A stretch of DNA of 64,000 nt, from the NCBI RefSeq assembly GCF_006345805.1, contig NC_043015.1, positions 4,650,001 to 4,714,000 on the forward strand. Reading direction: 5' to 3'. A model generated the notes under the pieces. The model was not told the origin of the DNA, ran no database searches, and worked only from the letters and a program-made list of their open reading frames with translations. Source of the DNA: Octopus sinensis. Taxonomy: Eukaryota. Shown piece after piece: positions 1 to 14,690 of this stretch; positions within the stretch are counted from its first letter, which is position 1, and the number at the start of each line of letters is the position of its first letter. The translations under genes and the position numbers were made by a program.

Positions 1-311
1 AGCATGTTTTTAATATACCACCCGGAGCTGTTTTTTTCTCTGCTTGGGTAGAGTCATGGCGCCTGGTCAAACCTCTCGCATCATTTCTTGTGGACACGTA
101 CAACATGTCGTATCACTTTTAGAGTGGTCGTATTTCTGGTCTTGGTATCCATTTTATTGATTTATCTCCTTTACTATTTTATAATTCTAGCGCCATACCG
201 AAGTGATGCTGTCGCCCACAAATTATCTACTTAAGTTTTGTTCCATCCGGTCAATTATCATCATCATCGCCGCCGTTGTTTTTGTCATCATTATTATTAT
301 GATTATTATTA

Positions 312-827
312 TGATCAAAGTGACACTTGGGTAAATTATACGCAATCCCAGTATACCCATCATGACTTCTCGTCTGGTAAGTGAGACTGGACACATGCAT
401 CGCAACAATAATGTGCAAAATTATGATTTCAAATGAAGATAAACAGCGCATGACTTTGCAGGTGTCACCCAGTTTGAATTCTCTTCAGGTCGATTGAGCT
501 ATTCCACTAAAATAGGTCCCTGAATAGGATTTGTGTAAGGATGTGGTACGAAACACTCATGTTCCCAGAGGTGAATTATTCAGACGCCTGGGATTCCCTA
601 TGAGCATATGACTATGATGGTCCCCCGCAAATTCTGCTCGTAACCAGAGATTCGCCCAATCGTCAGCGTCTAAGAGGCTTGCTGAACTGGTGAAGGTGAA
701 ACAACTGACAACCAATCACAATATTTGCTGTAGCCCATCTTTTATACCAGGACAAAATATTTACATCGTAACACTTCCAACCCGTTAAGAACATAAGACA
801 TGAGAATCACTGGCACTGCATCAGGGT
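312..827. mobile_element. ~515-bp non-coding interspersed repeat between (ATT/ATC)n tracts
   Basis: Complex, GC-richer block (ATCAAAGTGACAC...GCATCAGGG) bounded by (ATT)n on both sides. It resembles a high-copy octopus repeat I recall, but only one copy is in the window. Confidence 0.35.
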
Positions 828-864
828 ATTATTATTATTATTATTATTATCATTATATTATTGT

Positions 865-898
<34 letters not shown>

Positions 899-922
899 AT
901 TGTTGTCGTCGTTGTTGTTGCT
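828..922. repeat. (ATT)n/(GTT)n microsatellite
   Basis: Direct inspection. Confidence 0.95.
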
Positions 923-1482
923 ATTAATGCATATGTTAAGATTGATATCTCCCGAAAAATAACTCTCATATTTTTCCCCCTTAACTTATCCATCATTCTT
1001 AAATTCCTATCACAATATTGATTGGGACGTAACAGAAATAGACTCCACATTTCATCCAAATTTTATGTTTGAGAATCAACAAACTTTATCAAAGCAATAG
1101 ACTTAGCTTGCCAATCCATTCATGATAATTTCAGCATTAGATTGGTTAGTAGAACGTCTAATTCGACGAAAGATACTTGGTTCATTTTCTTTGGTTCTTC
1201 CTTTCTTTCTTTGTTTCAGTGTTACATTCTTTTGTTTCAAATCGGCTCTCCCTCATTCTATTGTTCTTTGGGTACGCTGTCCAGCATTTCCTTTTTATCG
1301 TAAATCAATGAATAAAACACGTTTCCCTTTTAATATCAGAGCAGAAAAATAAAACCCGAATATATAATATAAATATTCTTTCTTTCTTTTCATTCTTGCT
1401 TTTCTTGCTGGTCTTTATATTAATGCTAGTAAGGTTGTTGTTGCTGTTGATTGCCACCTACGTCCCCTCATCCACCTACTTG

Positions 1483-1722
1483 TCTTCTTCTTCTTCTTCT
1501 TCTTCTTCTTCTTCTTCTTCTTCTTCTTCTTCTTCTCCTTCTTCTTCTTCTTCTTCTTCTTCTTCTACTTTTTCTCATCCTTCTTCTTCTATTTCTTCTT
1601 CCTGTTCCTTCTTCTTCCTGTTCTCCTTCTTCTTCTTCTCCTTCTTCATCTTCTTCTTCTTCTTCTTCTTCTCCTTCTTCTTCTTCTCCTTCCTCTTCCT
1701 CTTCTTCTTCTTCTTCTTCTCA
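1483..1722. repeat. (TCT)n/(TCC) microsatellite
   Basis: Direct inspection; source of the poly-S/L/K/F ORFs. Confidence 0.97.
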
Positions 1723-1781
1723 ATTTTTAATTTCATTCGTCGCGAGTGTGCACAATCAATGAAATGATCAATCACTCCAAC

Positions 1782-1842
<61 letters not shown>

Positions 1843-3401
1843 ATGTGTGTGTTTGTCTGTGTCTGTGTGTATGCATATATGAAACAAAAATATGTATATA
1901 CCAATGCTTTATGTGACGAAAAGGGAAGTCAATTTGACATTACAGCTGTTCCTCTAGATAGTCAATAATCTATCTTCGATGTCTCATACAATGTTTTGTA
2001 ATTCAATACAAGTAGCCCACGACATAACTTATGGAAATATACAATAATTCTATAGCCTCTTCGTTTACCTTGGCAACACTTTAAACTCTAAATATGGCAA
2101 ATTAATTTATGAATTCTGAAAGTCTAATCTTAGTACATTTCTATTTTATATCCTTATACTATTCTGACAAAATATTGCAATCTCAGAAAATATTGAATTC
2201 TTTAATGATATCAATACTTACGAATACTCACAACTAATCTATACACACATAACTTGTTTTACATATAATACTCATTTCCCAAACTCATTGTTGTTAAGCA
2301 CTTTTCTGCTATTAATTTTACGTATCTTACCGACAAATCTACTGCTTTTAAGCTTGTCATTGTAAAAACGTGATGCATCATCACCGGAAAACATCGAAGG
2401 TGTCAATGATTTTAACATTACCGATTAGCGTCCTAAATATATTGAGCGAGTTATTTGCATTCCCGCGTACGCAACATTGACTAAACAATTGATATTGTTT
2501 CCTTTCTTTCAAGAAAATTAACAGTGACAAAATAAAATTTACGATAAATCTAAGTCATAATTACTTCCCATAATTTAAACTTATATTATTTTAGTTTCCT
2601 TTTTAATCTATCCATATTTTCATTGTTATTATTTCTATATAATATTTGTTCACAATTGTAATATAAATCAAAATCCCTTCCAAAACATTTGTTTCTCAAT
2701 AAATCTAGAATTGAATGAACTGTCATTTCCATCACTGGAAAACCGTCATATTCTCCTACTGGAAAATCAAACAAATCCTCCCAGTGTTTCTTAATCTATG
2801 TTTGGCATTCGTAATCATTTTAATATCAGTATTCCTTAATAACAGTATGATTTGAAGCAAACAATTGATTTCAGTAAAAAAACGCTTAGGTTTAATATCT
2901 ACTGAATCATCCTAACGTGCAAATCTAATTTTAGATAATTCACTGGTTTTAATCTGAAAATAATTTTACTGCTAGTCTTAGTTATTTAACAGCATCTTTG
3001 TACTAGCATATTTAATTATGTTACATTGATGCTTAAACGTGAAATTTAATCTATCTACTGGCCTACCTCTTGTGGCCTCTGTCTATCTGTACATCTATTG
3101 CTGTTTCATTTAAAAGAGTACAATACGTAGTCATTAAATTTGGACCTTTTTCATTGCGAACGTGTGTGTGTACATTTTTTGTTCGACCTTCGTGTATTTG
3201 CTTCCTGGAGTGTTTTAAGGCAAGACTCACAAATCCACAAACAAGATAATTGCCAAAGATGCGTAGAACAGTGCAGCTGCCTAATACACGTCTCGCGACT
3301 TAATTCAGTCTGCCCACTACACACATTCCTGCTGAATAAATATATATGGTTTCTTTTTTTTTTTCATCCTACCTCTTCGAATGATTGAAACTCACATTGT
3401 A

Positions 3402-3633
3402 TATTTCTTTACTACCCACAAGGGGCTAAACGCAGAGGAGACAAACAAGGACAGACAAAGGGATTAAGTCGATTACATCGACCCCAGTGCGTAACTGGTA
3501 CTTAATTTATCGACCCCGGAAGGATGACAGGCAAAGTCGACCTCGGCGGAATTTGAACTCGGAACGTAACGGCAGACGAAATACGGCAACGCATTTCGCC
3601 CGGCGTGCTAACGTTTCTGCCAGCTCGCCGCCT
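3402..3633 (-). mobile_element. tRNA-derived SINE, family A, full length, 18-bp TSD
   Basis: Minus strand GGCGGCGAGCTGGCAGAAACGTTAGCACGCC...CCGAGTTCAAATTCCGCC (B-box-like)...GGTCGACTTTGCC. Direct repeat ATTGAAACTCACATTGTA at 3384-3401 and 3652-3669. Many homologous copies in the window. Confidence 0.9.
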
Positions 3634-4937
3634 TCACATTGTAACCTTCACATTGAAACTCACATTGTAACCACTTTATGAGGTGCCATATTGAAATATT
3701 GAACTGCAAATTCGATAACATATATTAGTTTATGAACTCGGCACTAAGCCTGTTGATAAAATGCTGTTCCTCTAAGTTCTCGGGAAGTAAAGAAATCGGC
3801 ACTGTTCTGTAAGCTGTTGCCATAGATCTGACAAAGCACAAACACTCTTCTACACATATATACACTAGCACAAGCACGCACTGACATCATACATTGCTAG
3901 TTGGATATATAGATATATATATAGATGGATGTATAGACACGAATTAGTTAATCCCATTTTCTCGTGGTTTAGGTTAAAATTGTCATTTCTGGTATGTAAA
4001 TTGTCCTGTCAATTGTCACGCTACATGATATTTGTATGATGTGTCAAATTTGGTATACTGGACCTCTAAGTTTGAAACAGCTGTAAGAGTAGAGTCTCAT
4101 TATTTATTTCTTTATTCCTATAATTGTAATTATCGTACTCCTTTAAATGAAGCAGCAATAAAGGTACAGCAGACAGAAGCCACAAGAGGTAAGCCTGTAG
4201 ATAAATTATATTTCACGTTTAATCATCAATGTAACGTAATTAAATATGCTAGTTCAAACATGCTGTGAATTGAATCGCTTCTCTATTTTATTCTTGGCCT
4301 TATATATATAAAAGTTAGTATAAAGCCCGGGTTTTGCACACTCGCATTAGTGAGGTAGGTATTCGATCGAATATTTCCAGATGAATTCAAGTGTCTCACA
4401 ACTTTTTTTAACGCTGAACTCTTTCATCGCTTACAAGCAAAGGTATATAAGAGACTTTCCCTCCCTCCCGAATTCTAACCAATTACTTTGAGTTTGTGAA
4501 TATGTATTTCTTTTGTGTGTGTCATGGATTGTAAACATATACACATTTTTGACGATGTTGGTTGAAATAAGGAAAAGGAGCAAGCTTATATGGAAATGTT
4601 TGCACATATACGCACAATAAAAATGCATCTATAGCAATTTTTGCAGGAAGTTTTATAAATGTAGAATAGAAACAGTTGCATATTTGGTTAACAATGTAGC
4701 CATATTTTAATTCAAAATCATATGAAACATAAAATCAATTATTTCATTTAAAATTTTCATGACTTTTTTGTTTTAGACTTAAATTTTTTAAGCGTATTTT
4801 TTTTATTTTTATGCTAGTTTTATCCAAAGTTCAATGGAAATTGTTGTTCATTTTTGACATATTTTTCTATATTCTTTACTGTTTCAATATTAGCTTGTTA
4901 ATTATTTTTTATCCTTTTTTCTCCTGAATTGCTCTCA

Positions 4938-4969
4938 GAATTATTTTATTATTATTGTTATTATTATTA

Positions 4970-5055
<86 letters not shown>
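4938..5055. repeat. (ATT)n microsatellite
   Basis: Direct inspection. Confidence 0.97.
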
Positions 5056-6570
5056 TGTATTTTGCACATTTTTGTCTTTTTATCTAATTAACCTTTTTGA
5101 ATGAAACACAAGAGAAATACTTCTTTTTATTTTGTTTTTAGCTGCGTATAATTTTAGTCTTCACTGAAAATATCTTCTATATCCCACATTTTTTTTGTAT
5201 ATTTTTTAATGTTTTTTATAATATTGTTCTTGCTTTTTTTTACTTGTATGGAGAAGTTAAATTAACTGGAGAGAAAAATCAAAGAATTATATTTTCCATG
5301 AAAACTCTATTTACAATCTGTGCAAACAATAAAATAAAAAAAACAACACAACTATAACAGAAAACAATTAAAAAGATCAACCACATCTTTCGCGGGAATG
5401 GAAAGTAACAGAAAACAAGTCGCATCAACATGATTCGTAATACTTGTATTTTTAAAACTACAGCGAAAGTTCAGCTTCACCATAATTTTATCTTAATATA
5501 ATTTTATTTTAATTTTTTTTTATTCCACATTAAATTTATTTAGTCCTTTATTGATTATTTTTGTTTCTATTTTTTCACGTTGTTTGCCATTTAATTCTGT
5601 GTCTATGTATGAGTGTATTCTCGATAGTGCAAGTGCGTATATTTTATATTTCAGTGAAACTGCTCTATCATTCATTATTAATGTAAGTGCACACATAATT
5701 TTCTCATTTACAGTATAATTGTGTGGTGGATCTGCTTATGAATACATATGAGCGCATTACGTTGTGTGTATCTACTAATTGTAAATGTGTAATACTTCTT
5801 CTAATATTTCTTTTTACTAATCCTGGAAGATTAATGTTTTTCATATTTTTTCTTCATTAATTTCAGTAAGAAAATATATTTTGAAAATACTTTCATACAT
5901 CTAATTATTTTCCAAGTGCTTATATGCACTTGCGTGTTCACTTAACAACACATTCATATATAGAAACACAGACACATACACACACACATATATATATGTA
6001 TGTATGTATTTATGTATGTATGCATGTATGTATGTGTGTAAGTGTATTTTGTACGTTAGCTACATTTTACCTCCAAGTTATTTTCTATTGAATTATACTT
6101 TTTAATTTAGGATGGAAATCTATCTATTTTCGAAATCCGTCGGTTTATTTGATATTACTCGTAGCAATAAAAACGCTAATAATAACTACAACCACAACAT
6201 AAATCAACACAACAACAACACTAATAAAAGAATTTATGAAAGAGGAATAAGGATACCAGTATTCATCTAATAAAAAAAAATTATAAACGCGATTTTTATG
6301 AGAATACAGGAACGAAAATAAAAAAAAACGATAGTTAAAAAAGCAAAAGAAATGCAAATCAAAGACAAATCAAAAACAGGAAAAGGGATGTCAGTAAATT
6401 TTAAAAGCGTAATATAAAAGTAAAAATAATGATGTAAGAAGTTAGAACTAAATTTTAAATTTACAAATATGTTAATTAATATCGTGTAATGCACTTTCTC
6501 CACATCTGTAAAAATACGCAGTGATTTATATACATAGAAACTCACACACAAGTAAATGTAAGTAAATATC

Positions 6571-6930
<360 letters not shown>

Positions 6931-9235
6931 GGATCCAGAGACACACTGATATATATCCATATAAGCATATGTTTCTATGCACGGTTTTCTTTGTACATGT
7001 TGTAGTTCGTGTCCCTTCATGTGTATCTCTGAGTGCCTATACGTATTTTTGTCTGTTTGAGTAAAAATGCTTATCTTTTAGGGTTTTATGAATTAAGAGA
7101 ATATGCGATATTTGTTTAAACTTTTCAAGTTTTTTCCTGCATTACGTACGTTATCCAGACATTTGTTTAACTCTTGAGATAGTTACAATATAAAAATATT
7201 ATTTTAAAGATGAATTAGTGACTAATTTGCTCCCGATTTTTTGAAAATGTTTCTTTTTCATTTTGTTTTTGAAAAGCACATACGTCGCAAATTTGGTATT
7301 ACATCTTAATTTGTTTTGGTATCTGAAAATTTCTCGCGCAAAATACTTTAATGTAGCTTGTGTAAGTAATAAAGTCTGTGTATGCAGTACATGCTACCTT
7401 GGTAAATAATCATATCCACAAGAACACACACGAATTCATTGGGAAAGAATATCCCTTTACTTCAAAGCCAAGTCTACTGTTGAATGAAAAAAAACATTAC
7501 CCATTGATTTAAGTTTATATGTGACATGTGTGCTTTTATTATTAAAGTTATTTTCACTATGGTATTGGAAGGTATCGTATGCTTGCGAACAATGAGCATG
7601 CATCTGTGTATGTGAATGTGCGAGTTTGTGTATTAATGTATGTATAAATATAGGCATATTTAATCCGAATGTATATAATTCAAGAGACCAAATTTGATGT
7701 ATAGATTAGTAATTTGAAATCTATTTGTTTAGTAAAGAAAAGATAGCATGACGAACATAGAAGCAACAGAAAATCATACCTAAAATAATCACACGCTGTT
7801 CAAATGAGGAAACAACGTTTTGTAAAAATCCAAATCTCCTGCATGTAAGAAATGAATAAAATGGGGAAAATTAGTAAAGCTGGATTGAGAGATGATTCAT
7901 CGTTGTGTTTTGTTAACGGTTGAATCTTGCTGAAAATGAAGCAGTGAGCACGTTCATTTTTGGTATTAGGGAAGAAAAACGAGGCAACGTATTAACAGCA
8001 AAGACTGCATGGAAGCTGTATGCGTTGAATGTGCTTTGTTTCAAGTTTATGTTTGTTGCGCGTGCAGCAGGAAATTCGATGATGCTTCGTGTGTGCGAAT
8101 TTGCCTAAATCTATATATGCAATGTTTGCGTGCAGCAAGACGTTCCAAAAATACAGGAAGAAAATTCTAAGAGTTTTCTCTCTTTACAGATGAATATCAC
8201 AAATGAGTATGCCACATTCACACAATGTAAGCTATGTTTCTCTGTCTGCACATCTTCCATGATCCGATCTGATATAATGCTAACGACTAAAGAGTAGAGA
8301 ACTAAATATATCCGCCATATACCACATATTCCAATGCCAGTTGCATATTACAAAAACACACATACCGCTAAAAAAGTATCATTACGTATTATATATTAAG
8401 TATTACGTATTTCACTAGAACAAGGACAGGTATAATTTTATTAATTTCAACACACTTTACTACGACTCACCAACAGTTAGAGTTGAAACAATTTTTGTCT
8501 CACAATTAGCTTAAATTCCACCAACATTTTAGATTACATATCTTATCTTGCATCAATGCCATGCTGATTACTCGGAGTAATGTAAAAAAACACTCCCAGA
8601 TTGCCCTCCAGGTAATATCTATTCTATAACATTAGTGACTTCTGAAGATATATAATATTAATATCGTTCCTCTTGGAGCCTGCTATATATCCACCTCATA
8701 ATATACGCAAATAATTTCAAGAAACATTTCATAAAAGTGAATATATTGTAAACCTACTGTTCTCTTATTTAAATGGAAATCAGAACAGAATCCACTATAG
8801 CATGTAATGTGTCTTGGAACTAAGAAATCATGAAGCCAAATGTGTGTTAATAAGTTTGAATGACGCACACAGAAATTATAAGGTCAGAACACAATGGGTA
8901 TTTATAGTCCACAAGCATATTAAAGTTTCTCGTTATCTGAATATTTGGCCCGTCTCCTGTCCACTCACACCACAACAGAGAATGATCTTTCAATATAACA
9001 GTTTCTTCACAATCTAACAGTGCCAGCTCATTTACAAACAGACTGTAACTGACCAGTAATTATTGACAGAAAATAATCCATACAAAAATAAATGTTTCGC
9101 TTCTACTTTGCTCATTTGAAAGCATGCGGTATACTTTGCATAGTAAAGCGACGCAAAACCTGCTAAGATATCTGCTTGTATAAAGACATATATTTAAACA
9201 CAAATTCATGCAATTATGTTATATGAGTGTGTGCG

Positions 9236-9268
<33 letters not shown>

Positions 9269-11983
9269 AAGTGTGCGTGTGTGAGAATGTGCTTTATAGG
9301 TTTGTGTGCGGTTTTATGTCTGACTTCTCATCACTTTCATCATTTCTTTTACGTTATGTGCAATTGCAAAGGGTTTCTATAGAAAGTAATTAAATGCAGA
9401 AACGAACAGTGCTACTAATACGTGTTAATTTGAATATCCGTATGTTGATAGTGCTGTTGATTGTTGCGAATATGAATATGTTCATGGCCCATTTGGTTTT
9501 ACTTTAAATTGGTGAATGAATTTTTTTCCCAACTGCGTTGAGTATAACTTGCCTTATATTATGTGCGAAATAATATGCATTAAATATTGCTAGTCTTTAT
9601 TGCCATTCATTTAGGATGGTTTTGACAAAGACAGGCATGAGAGTTTACGCCAGCATCCACAAATACAATATACTCCTCTACCAACACCATATAACTCGAT
9701 CTTTAAATCCAGAAGCCTAACATCAATTGTAGTACTATGAATTATTCTCCTTCATTGAATCTTTGAGAACTGGCAGCAGGAGAAGACCATTTGAAATTAT
9801 TAACAGATCGATAGAGGCTTCGAAATAACTCTGAATCGAAAACGGTTTGTTTAGCCAAGTCAGATAGCAAATGATATTATCTCGTCAAATACTCAAATTG
9901 TTGCTAAGCAATATTAGCCGACGAGAGGAAAAGCAGAGAATCATAGTGGACATTTTTTGAAGAAGAAATGAAAATAAAATGATATGAAAAATAAAACTAA
10001 AACAAGTTAACTTTCATAGATTAACAGCAGTGGTGTGCTTAGTACAATTATTTCTTGATATTTGCCTTCCTAAATTTTATATTACCGCTGTGCGGTGAAT
10101 AATTTTATACTAGTCGAGCATAACAAAACGGGACTTCGAGCCGACGCTATTAATTAGATGGATACAATGATAAATTAAATACAAATTATCAAAAGACAAC
10201 CAGAAGCAGACACATTTATATTCAGCCGCCACGAACACACAGGCACACAATCGCTCCATCGACCACATTACACAAACCACAAAATTGATATAAATATACA
10301 TAATATAATTGACTCTGTTTAACCCAGAATTTTTTCTTTTCCCTTTTTTTAATATCCTATTGTATAGATACTAAACCATATTCATAATTCATTCCATGCT
10401 GACATGCCAGCCAAAGATGGTGGTTGGTAGAATGCTTTGTACAATTAATCAAAAGAGAATCATAATAACGTTTAGAATATCCGTTGGCAAACAAAAATCG
10501 ATAAGAAAAATAATGTAATTAATAAATGATGACAGATAGTTTTGAAACAAGTTTTAAAACAATACAATATCTGAAGAAATAATAAATCAACGCACATAAC
10601 ATCCCCTATTACTGTTTCTTAATTCATTTATCGTCCTTTGCTATACTAACCCTCTTACACATGCTCATTTATTTATCCGATATTTATACATGCTCGTATG
10701 TATTTAGCTCCACTAGTTCACTTCTGCATTTTACCAATGACATATTTTGGTTCCAGTGATTTAAATATTTTAATTATATTTTCATTTTGTGTTTCATTAT
10801 TATTACACTCAGTAATTCACACACATGGGAATACACGTATATCTACACAGATATACGCTCTACATATACAGCACAATTCTTCTCCCAAAGAAAATACCAG
10901 CAAAGACTTTGATGCGATTTAACTAACATATTTTTTCATTTTTATAATTTTAGCATTGTATATTACCTTCTACAGGAATCGGTAAAATTAAAGTTGGTGT
11001 GCTAGAAATGTGGTTGATATTAGGCAATTTAAATTATAGAAGAATAATACTTACTTTAACAAGATACTGTCACATTTCTTATATTCAGGAGTACAAGAGA
11101 GCTATAAAGTTGCAAAGAATTGAAACGATGTCGATCCCGTCCTCTATTTGTGTAACGAAAGCAAATTGTATGACACTTTACAATCATAATATTATAATAA
11201 CAGAAATATTTTGTTCTAAATGCGTATATGTATTGATGAAAAAGTTTCTTGAAGCAAAATGGTTCTTTGCAGTGCTTCCTATTCGTAAAAAAAAATCTCC
11301 GCTGACCTGCTGATTGCATAATCTTACACCGATGCATAATATGAATGCATTAAATCTGTAATTAAAATATATCGAGGTACTTCAAGACTGTATTAACAGG
11401 AAGACGCTCTGCTGGCGGTTTTCTGCTCGCCACTTGATAATATTTTTACATTTGATTCCCAATTCTAATAATTTGTTATGATATTTTACGTGTAATTATT
11501 TCTTTGCATAAAAATTCTCACTTGTTTAGTAAATATTACTTTCATTATTTTATTACATATATAATCTTTTTTTTTTCAAACGGTAGTCCAATGACAGGGG
11601 GGGGGCAGTTTGTCAAGTTTTACCTTTCCCTCAAAGCAATATAGAGATTTCAATTAGGCTGTCCATATGTAAGCTTTGAACTGTGTGTGTGTTTGATAGA
11701 GAGAGGAGGAAAGAGGGCATCAATACAGATGTATACGCCCCTGAAGTTTTCCCCTATATCATCGAGAAAAATGGATACGTTTTAACAAAATTTTCTAGAA
11801 ATACCTTTTAGATGTTGTGGCTTCAGTTTCGAGGGGGAGGAAGAAGAGTTTCAGAAAATTCTCATCATCTGAGCTTTTTCTCTCACAACTTTCAGGAAAG
11901 TGGGCATCTTTTAATGCAAGTTTGTATGTCTGTGTCCGCCTGTGTATGCGTATGTGTGTGAATGCGTCTGCGTGTGTTATGCA

Positions 11984-13198
11984 TTGTGTTGGCAACTAAG
12001 TTCCCGCCGTTTTATTTACATTTTGGAATTTATTGCGTTTTTGAATTTTGAAACAATTTTTTTTTCGAGAATTCTATTTTTGAATCAATTTGCAATCTTT
12101 TTGCTTTTTCTTTTCAAGTTAATCTTAGATAATTTCTGTATATTTTCAGATTATTAAAACGGAATGTCAAATTAAGAACAACGAGCATTTTCGCTACCTC
12201 CATCTTTTTACTACTCGCAAAATTTTTGCTGTGTATGGAGAGGGTGCCATAGCTGATAGAACTGCTCGTCATTGGTATGCAAAGTTGAAAAAGGGAAATG
12301 TTGACCTCAAAACACACATCGTTCGGCCGTGCAGCCGAGTTCGATGAAGAGCGATTAAACCACCTTTTGCACGAAAGTTTTCATCAAACGGCAAGAGAAC
12401 TGGCAGAGAAAATGGAATGCCCCGCAATGCTATAGAGAAGCGTCTTCACTCGATGAGAAAGATTCAGATGTATGGAGCATGGGTTCTGCATGCATTAAGT
12501 TACAACAAAAAACATCAGCGAACCATGATCTCAGCTGATTTGCTTGATCGTCACCGCCTACCTCATGGGCACAATCGTTACTGGCGATGACAAATAGTGC
12601 CTGTACATCAATATGAATCAGCGTAAGGAATGGATTAGCCAAGGTACACAAGCGACACCGCGCGTGATGCAAGATTTTCATCCACGTAAAACGATGTTGT
12701 TCGCATGATGGGACTAGGAAGAGATTATCCATTACGAATTGCTTCAAAGGAACCAAAAGATCAACGCGGAACTCTGTGTTCAACAGATGGAACGATTCAA
12801 CACGGTTATTTAAGATAAAAGGCCTAATCGGCAGCATGGAGTTCCTTTGATGCACGACAACGCCTACTCTCATATCGCCAATATGACCAAGAAAGCAATG
12901 CAAACGCATGGTTGGTAAGTGCTTCCGCACCCGTCGTACTCTCCTGATTTGGCACCAACGGACTTCCACCTCTTTCGATCTCTTTCAAATACTACGTGCG
13001 GAGTTTCGTTCAATACTGATGCAGAATTCAGAGCTTGGTTGGATCAATTTTTCGAGTCGAAATCGGGTGATTTCTACCAACGAGGCATTGAAAATCTTGT
13101 TGAACGTTGGGGAGAAATTGTAAGCAAGGGTGAATACATTATTGATTAATTGAAAAAAATGAAATACAAATATCAGGGGGAACTTAGTTGCCAACCAA
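11984..13198 (+). mobile_element. Full-length decayed mariner transposon, TIR of mellifera-subfamily type
   Basis: TIRs TTGTGTTGGCAACTAAGTTCCC (11984) and GGGAACTTAGTTGCCAACCAA (ending 13198) followed by TA. About 1.2 kb long, with transposase motifs inside. Confidence 0.93.
12159..13149 (+). pseudogene. Mariner D,D34D transposase pseudogene
   Basis: Start ATG mutated to ACG. Motifs IVTGDDK, HDNA and HPSYSPDLAPTDFHLFRSL, ending ERWGEIVSKGEYIID*. Several stops and frameshifts. Confidence 0.93.
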
Positions 13199-13499
13199 TA
13201 TGGGTTTTGTTTGTTGCCTCAGCATGATTAAAACATCACGTGTTTTGCTTGGCATACATGTGAGACCTATTTCGAACCCATTGATTTGCATCGAGGACAA
13301 GTGTTATTCCCATAGACTTACACTCATGCAAACCTTGCAAAATATAAAATATTGTGTAGATCGAAACTGTAGAAAAGACAACCGTGCAGAACGTAACAGT
13401 AACTCAAAGAATGCAGTTTTCTTTTACATTGTGTAGCAATGATACGGCTCGAGAATCATCACTCTAGGTTGACAAGTGCCTTTGGTACATCAAACCATA

Positions 13500-13715
13500 T
13501 AAATATATATATAACGGGAAGCTTTATGAAAATAAACAAATAACGAAGGCAGGTGGAATACAAACAATTGTATTAGTATGGTGCTCAGGAATATGAATAA
13601 AACAAGTCTTTTACGTTTCGAGCCTACGCTCTTCAACAGAAAGATACACAGAAAAGAAACACAGAAAGAAGGAGAGATAAAAAATGCGTGCAGAGGCTAG
13701 CGAATCAACATGGCG
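13500..13715 (-). mobile_element. Short non-coding element with minimal HHR-like motif (family H), copy 1
   Basis: Alignable by eye to 24495-24680 and 52343-52530 (TCGCCATG...CTGTGTATCTTTCTG...GAAACGTAAAA...ATTCCTGAG...CCTTCGT). The 3' end runs into (TA)n. Confidence 0.8.
13607..13644 (-). ncRNA. Degenerate minimal type I hammerhead motif
   Basis: TCTTT-CTGTTGA-A-GAGC gtag GCTC-GAAA-CGT-A-AAAGA. Stems I and II pair, but A6 is replaced by U. Confidence 0.55.
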
Positions 13716-13734
13716 ATCTGATACAATGTTGTAT

Positions 13735-13900
13735 ATACGACGGGTTCCTGTCGATTGCCGTTTACCAAGTATCAACTCATAAATCTTTGGTTGGCCCGAG
13801 GTTGTGGCAGAAGATACTTGTAGACGGTACTACGAAGTGGGACTGATATACGAAGAGTGTTGTTGAGAATGAAGCTGTTTAGCATAGAACGTTCAAGTCG
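13735..13900 (-). mobile_element. Decayed SINE family B fragment
   Basis: Reverse complement resembles CAGTCCCACT...AAGTATCTTCTGCCACAACCTCGGGCCAACC of family B (compare 35152). Confidence 0.6.
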
Positions 13901-13991
13901 TTACTCGATGCACTTTAAGAGAATATGCTTATATATCGATGCACCGTTTCATGGTATCTATGTCAAAGAGTTTCAATTAAGTCTCAGAAGA

Positions 13992-14287
13992 CACTACTAC
14001 TACTAATACTACTACTACTACTAACACCACCACCACCACCACCACCATTACTAATACCACCACCACCACCACTACTACTACTACCACCACCACCACCATA
14101 CTACTACTACCACCACCACCACCACCACCACTACTACTACCACCACCGCCACCACCATACTACTACTACCACCACCACCACTACTACTACCAACAACAAC
14201 ACCACTACTACTACCACCACCACCACCATACTACTACTACCACCACCACCACTACTACTGCTACTACTACTACCACCACCACCACCA

Positions 14288-14364
<77 letters not shown>
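13992..14364. repeat. Compound (ACT)n/(ACC)n microsatellite
   Basis: Direct inspection. Confidence 0.97.
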
Positions 14365-14365
<1 letters not shown>

Positions 14366-14389
14366 GGAAAGAGAACAATTTTGGAGGAG

Positions 14390-14563
14390 GGGCTCAGTCG
14401 ATTACACCGCTCCCTGTGATCAACTGGTACTTTTTTTATCATCCACGAAAAAATAAAAATAAAAGGCAAATTCGACCCCGGCGGAAATTGAAGTGAGAAC
14501 GTAAAGACAGACGAAATGCCGCTAAGTATTTGGACCGGCGTGCTAATGATTCTCCACGCTCGC
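14390..14563 (-). mobile_element. SINE family A, 3'-truncated
   Basis: Homologous to 3470-3633. Confidence 0.8.
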
Positions 14564-14565
14564 TG

Positions 14566-14584
14566 CAGTAGTAGTAGTAGTAGT

Positions 14585-14619
<35 letters not shown>

Positions 14620-14620
14620 T

Positions 14621-14690
<70 letters not shown>

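Noticed and set aside
9610-9960. Possible exon(s) after CATTCATTTAG
   Set aside because: Weak splice signals, short frames and no recognisable product.
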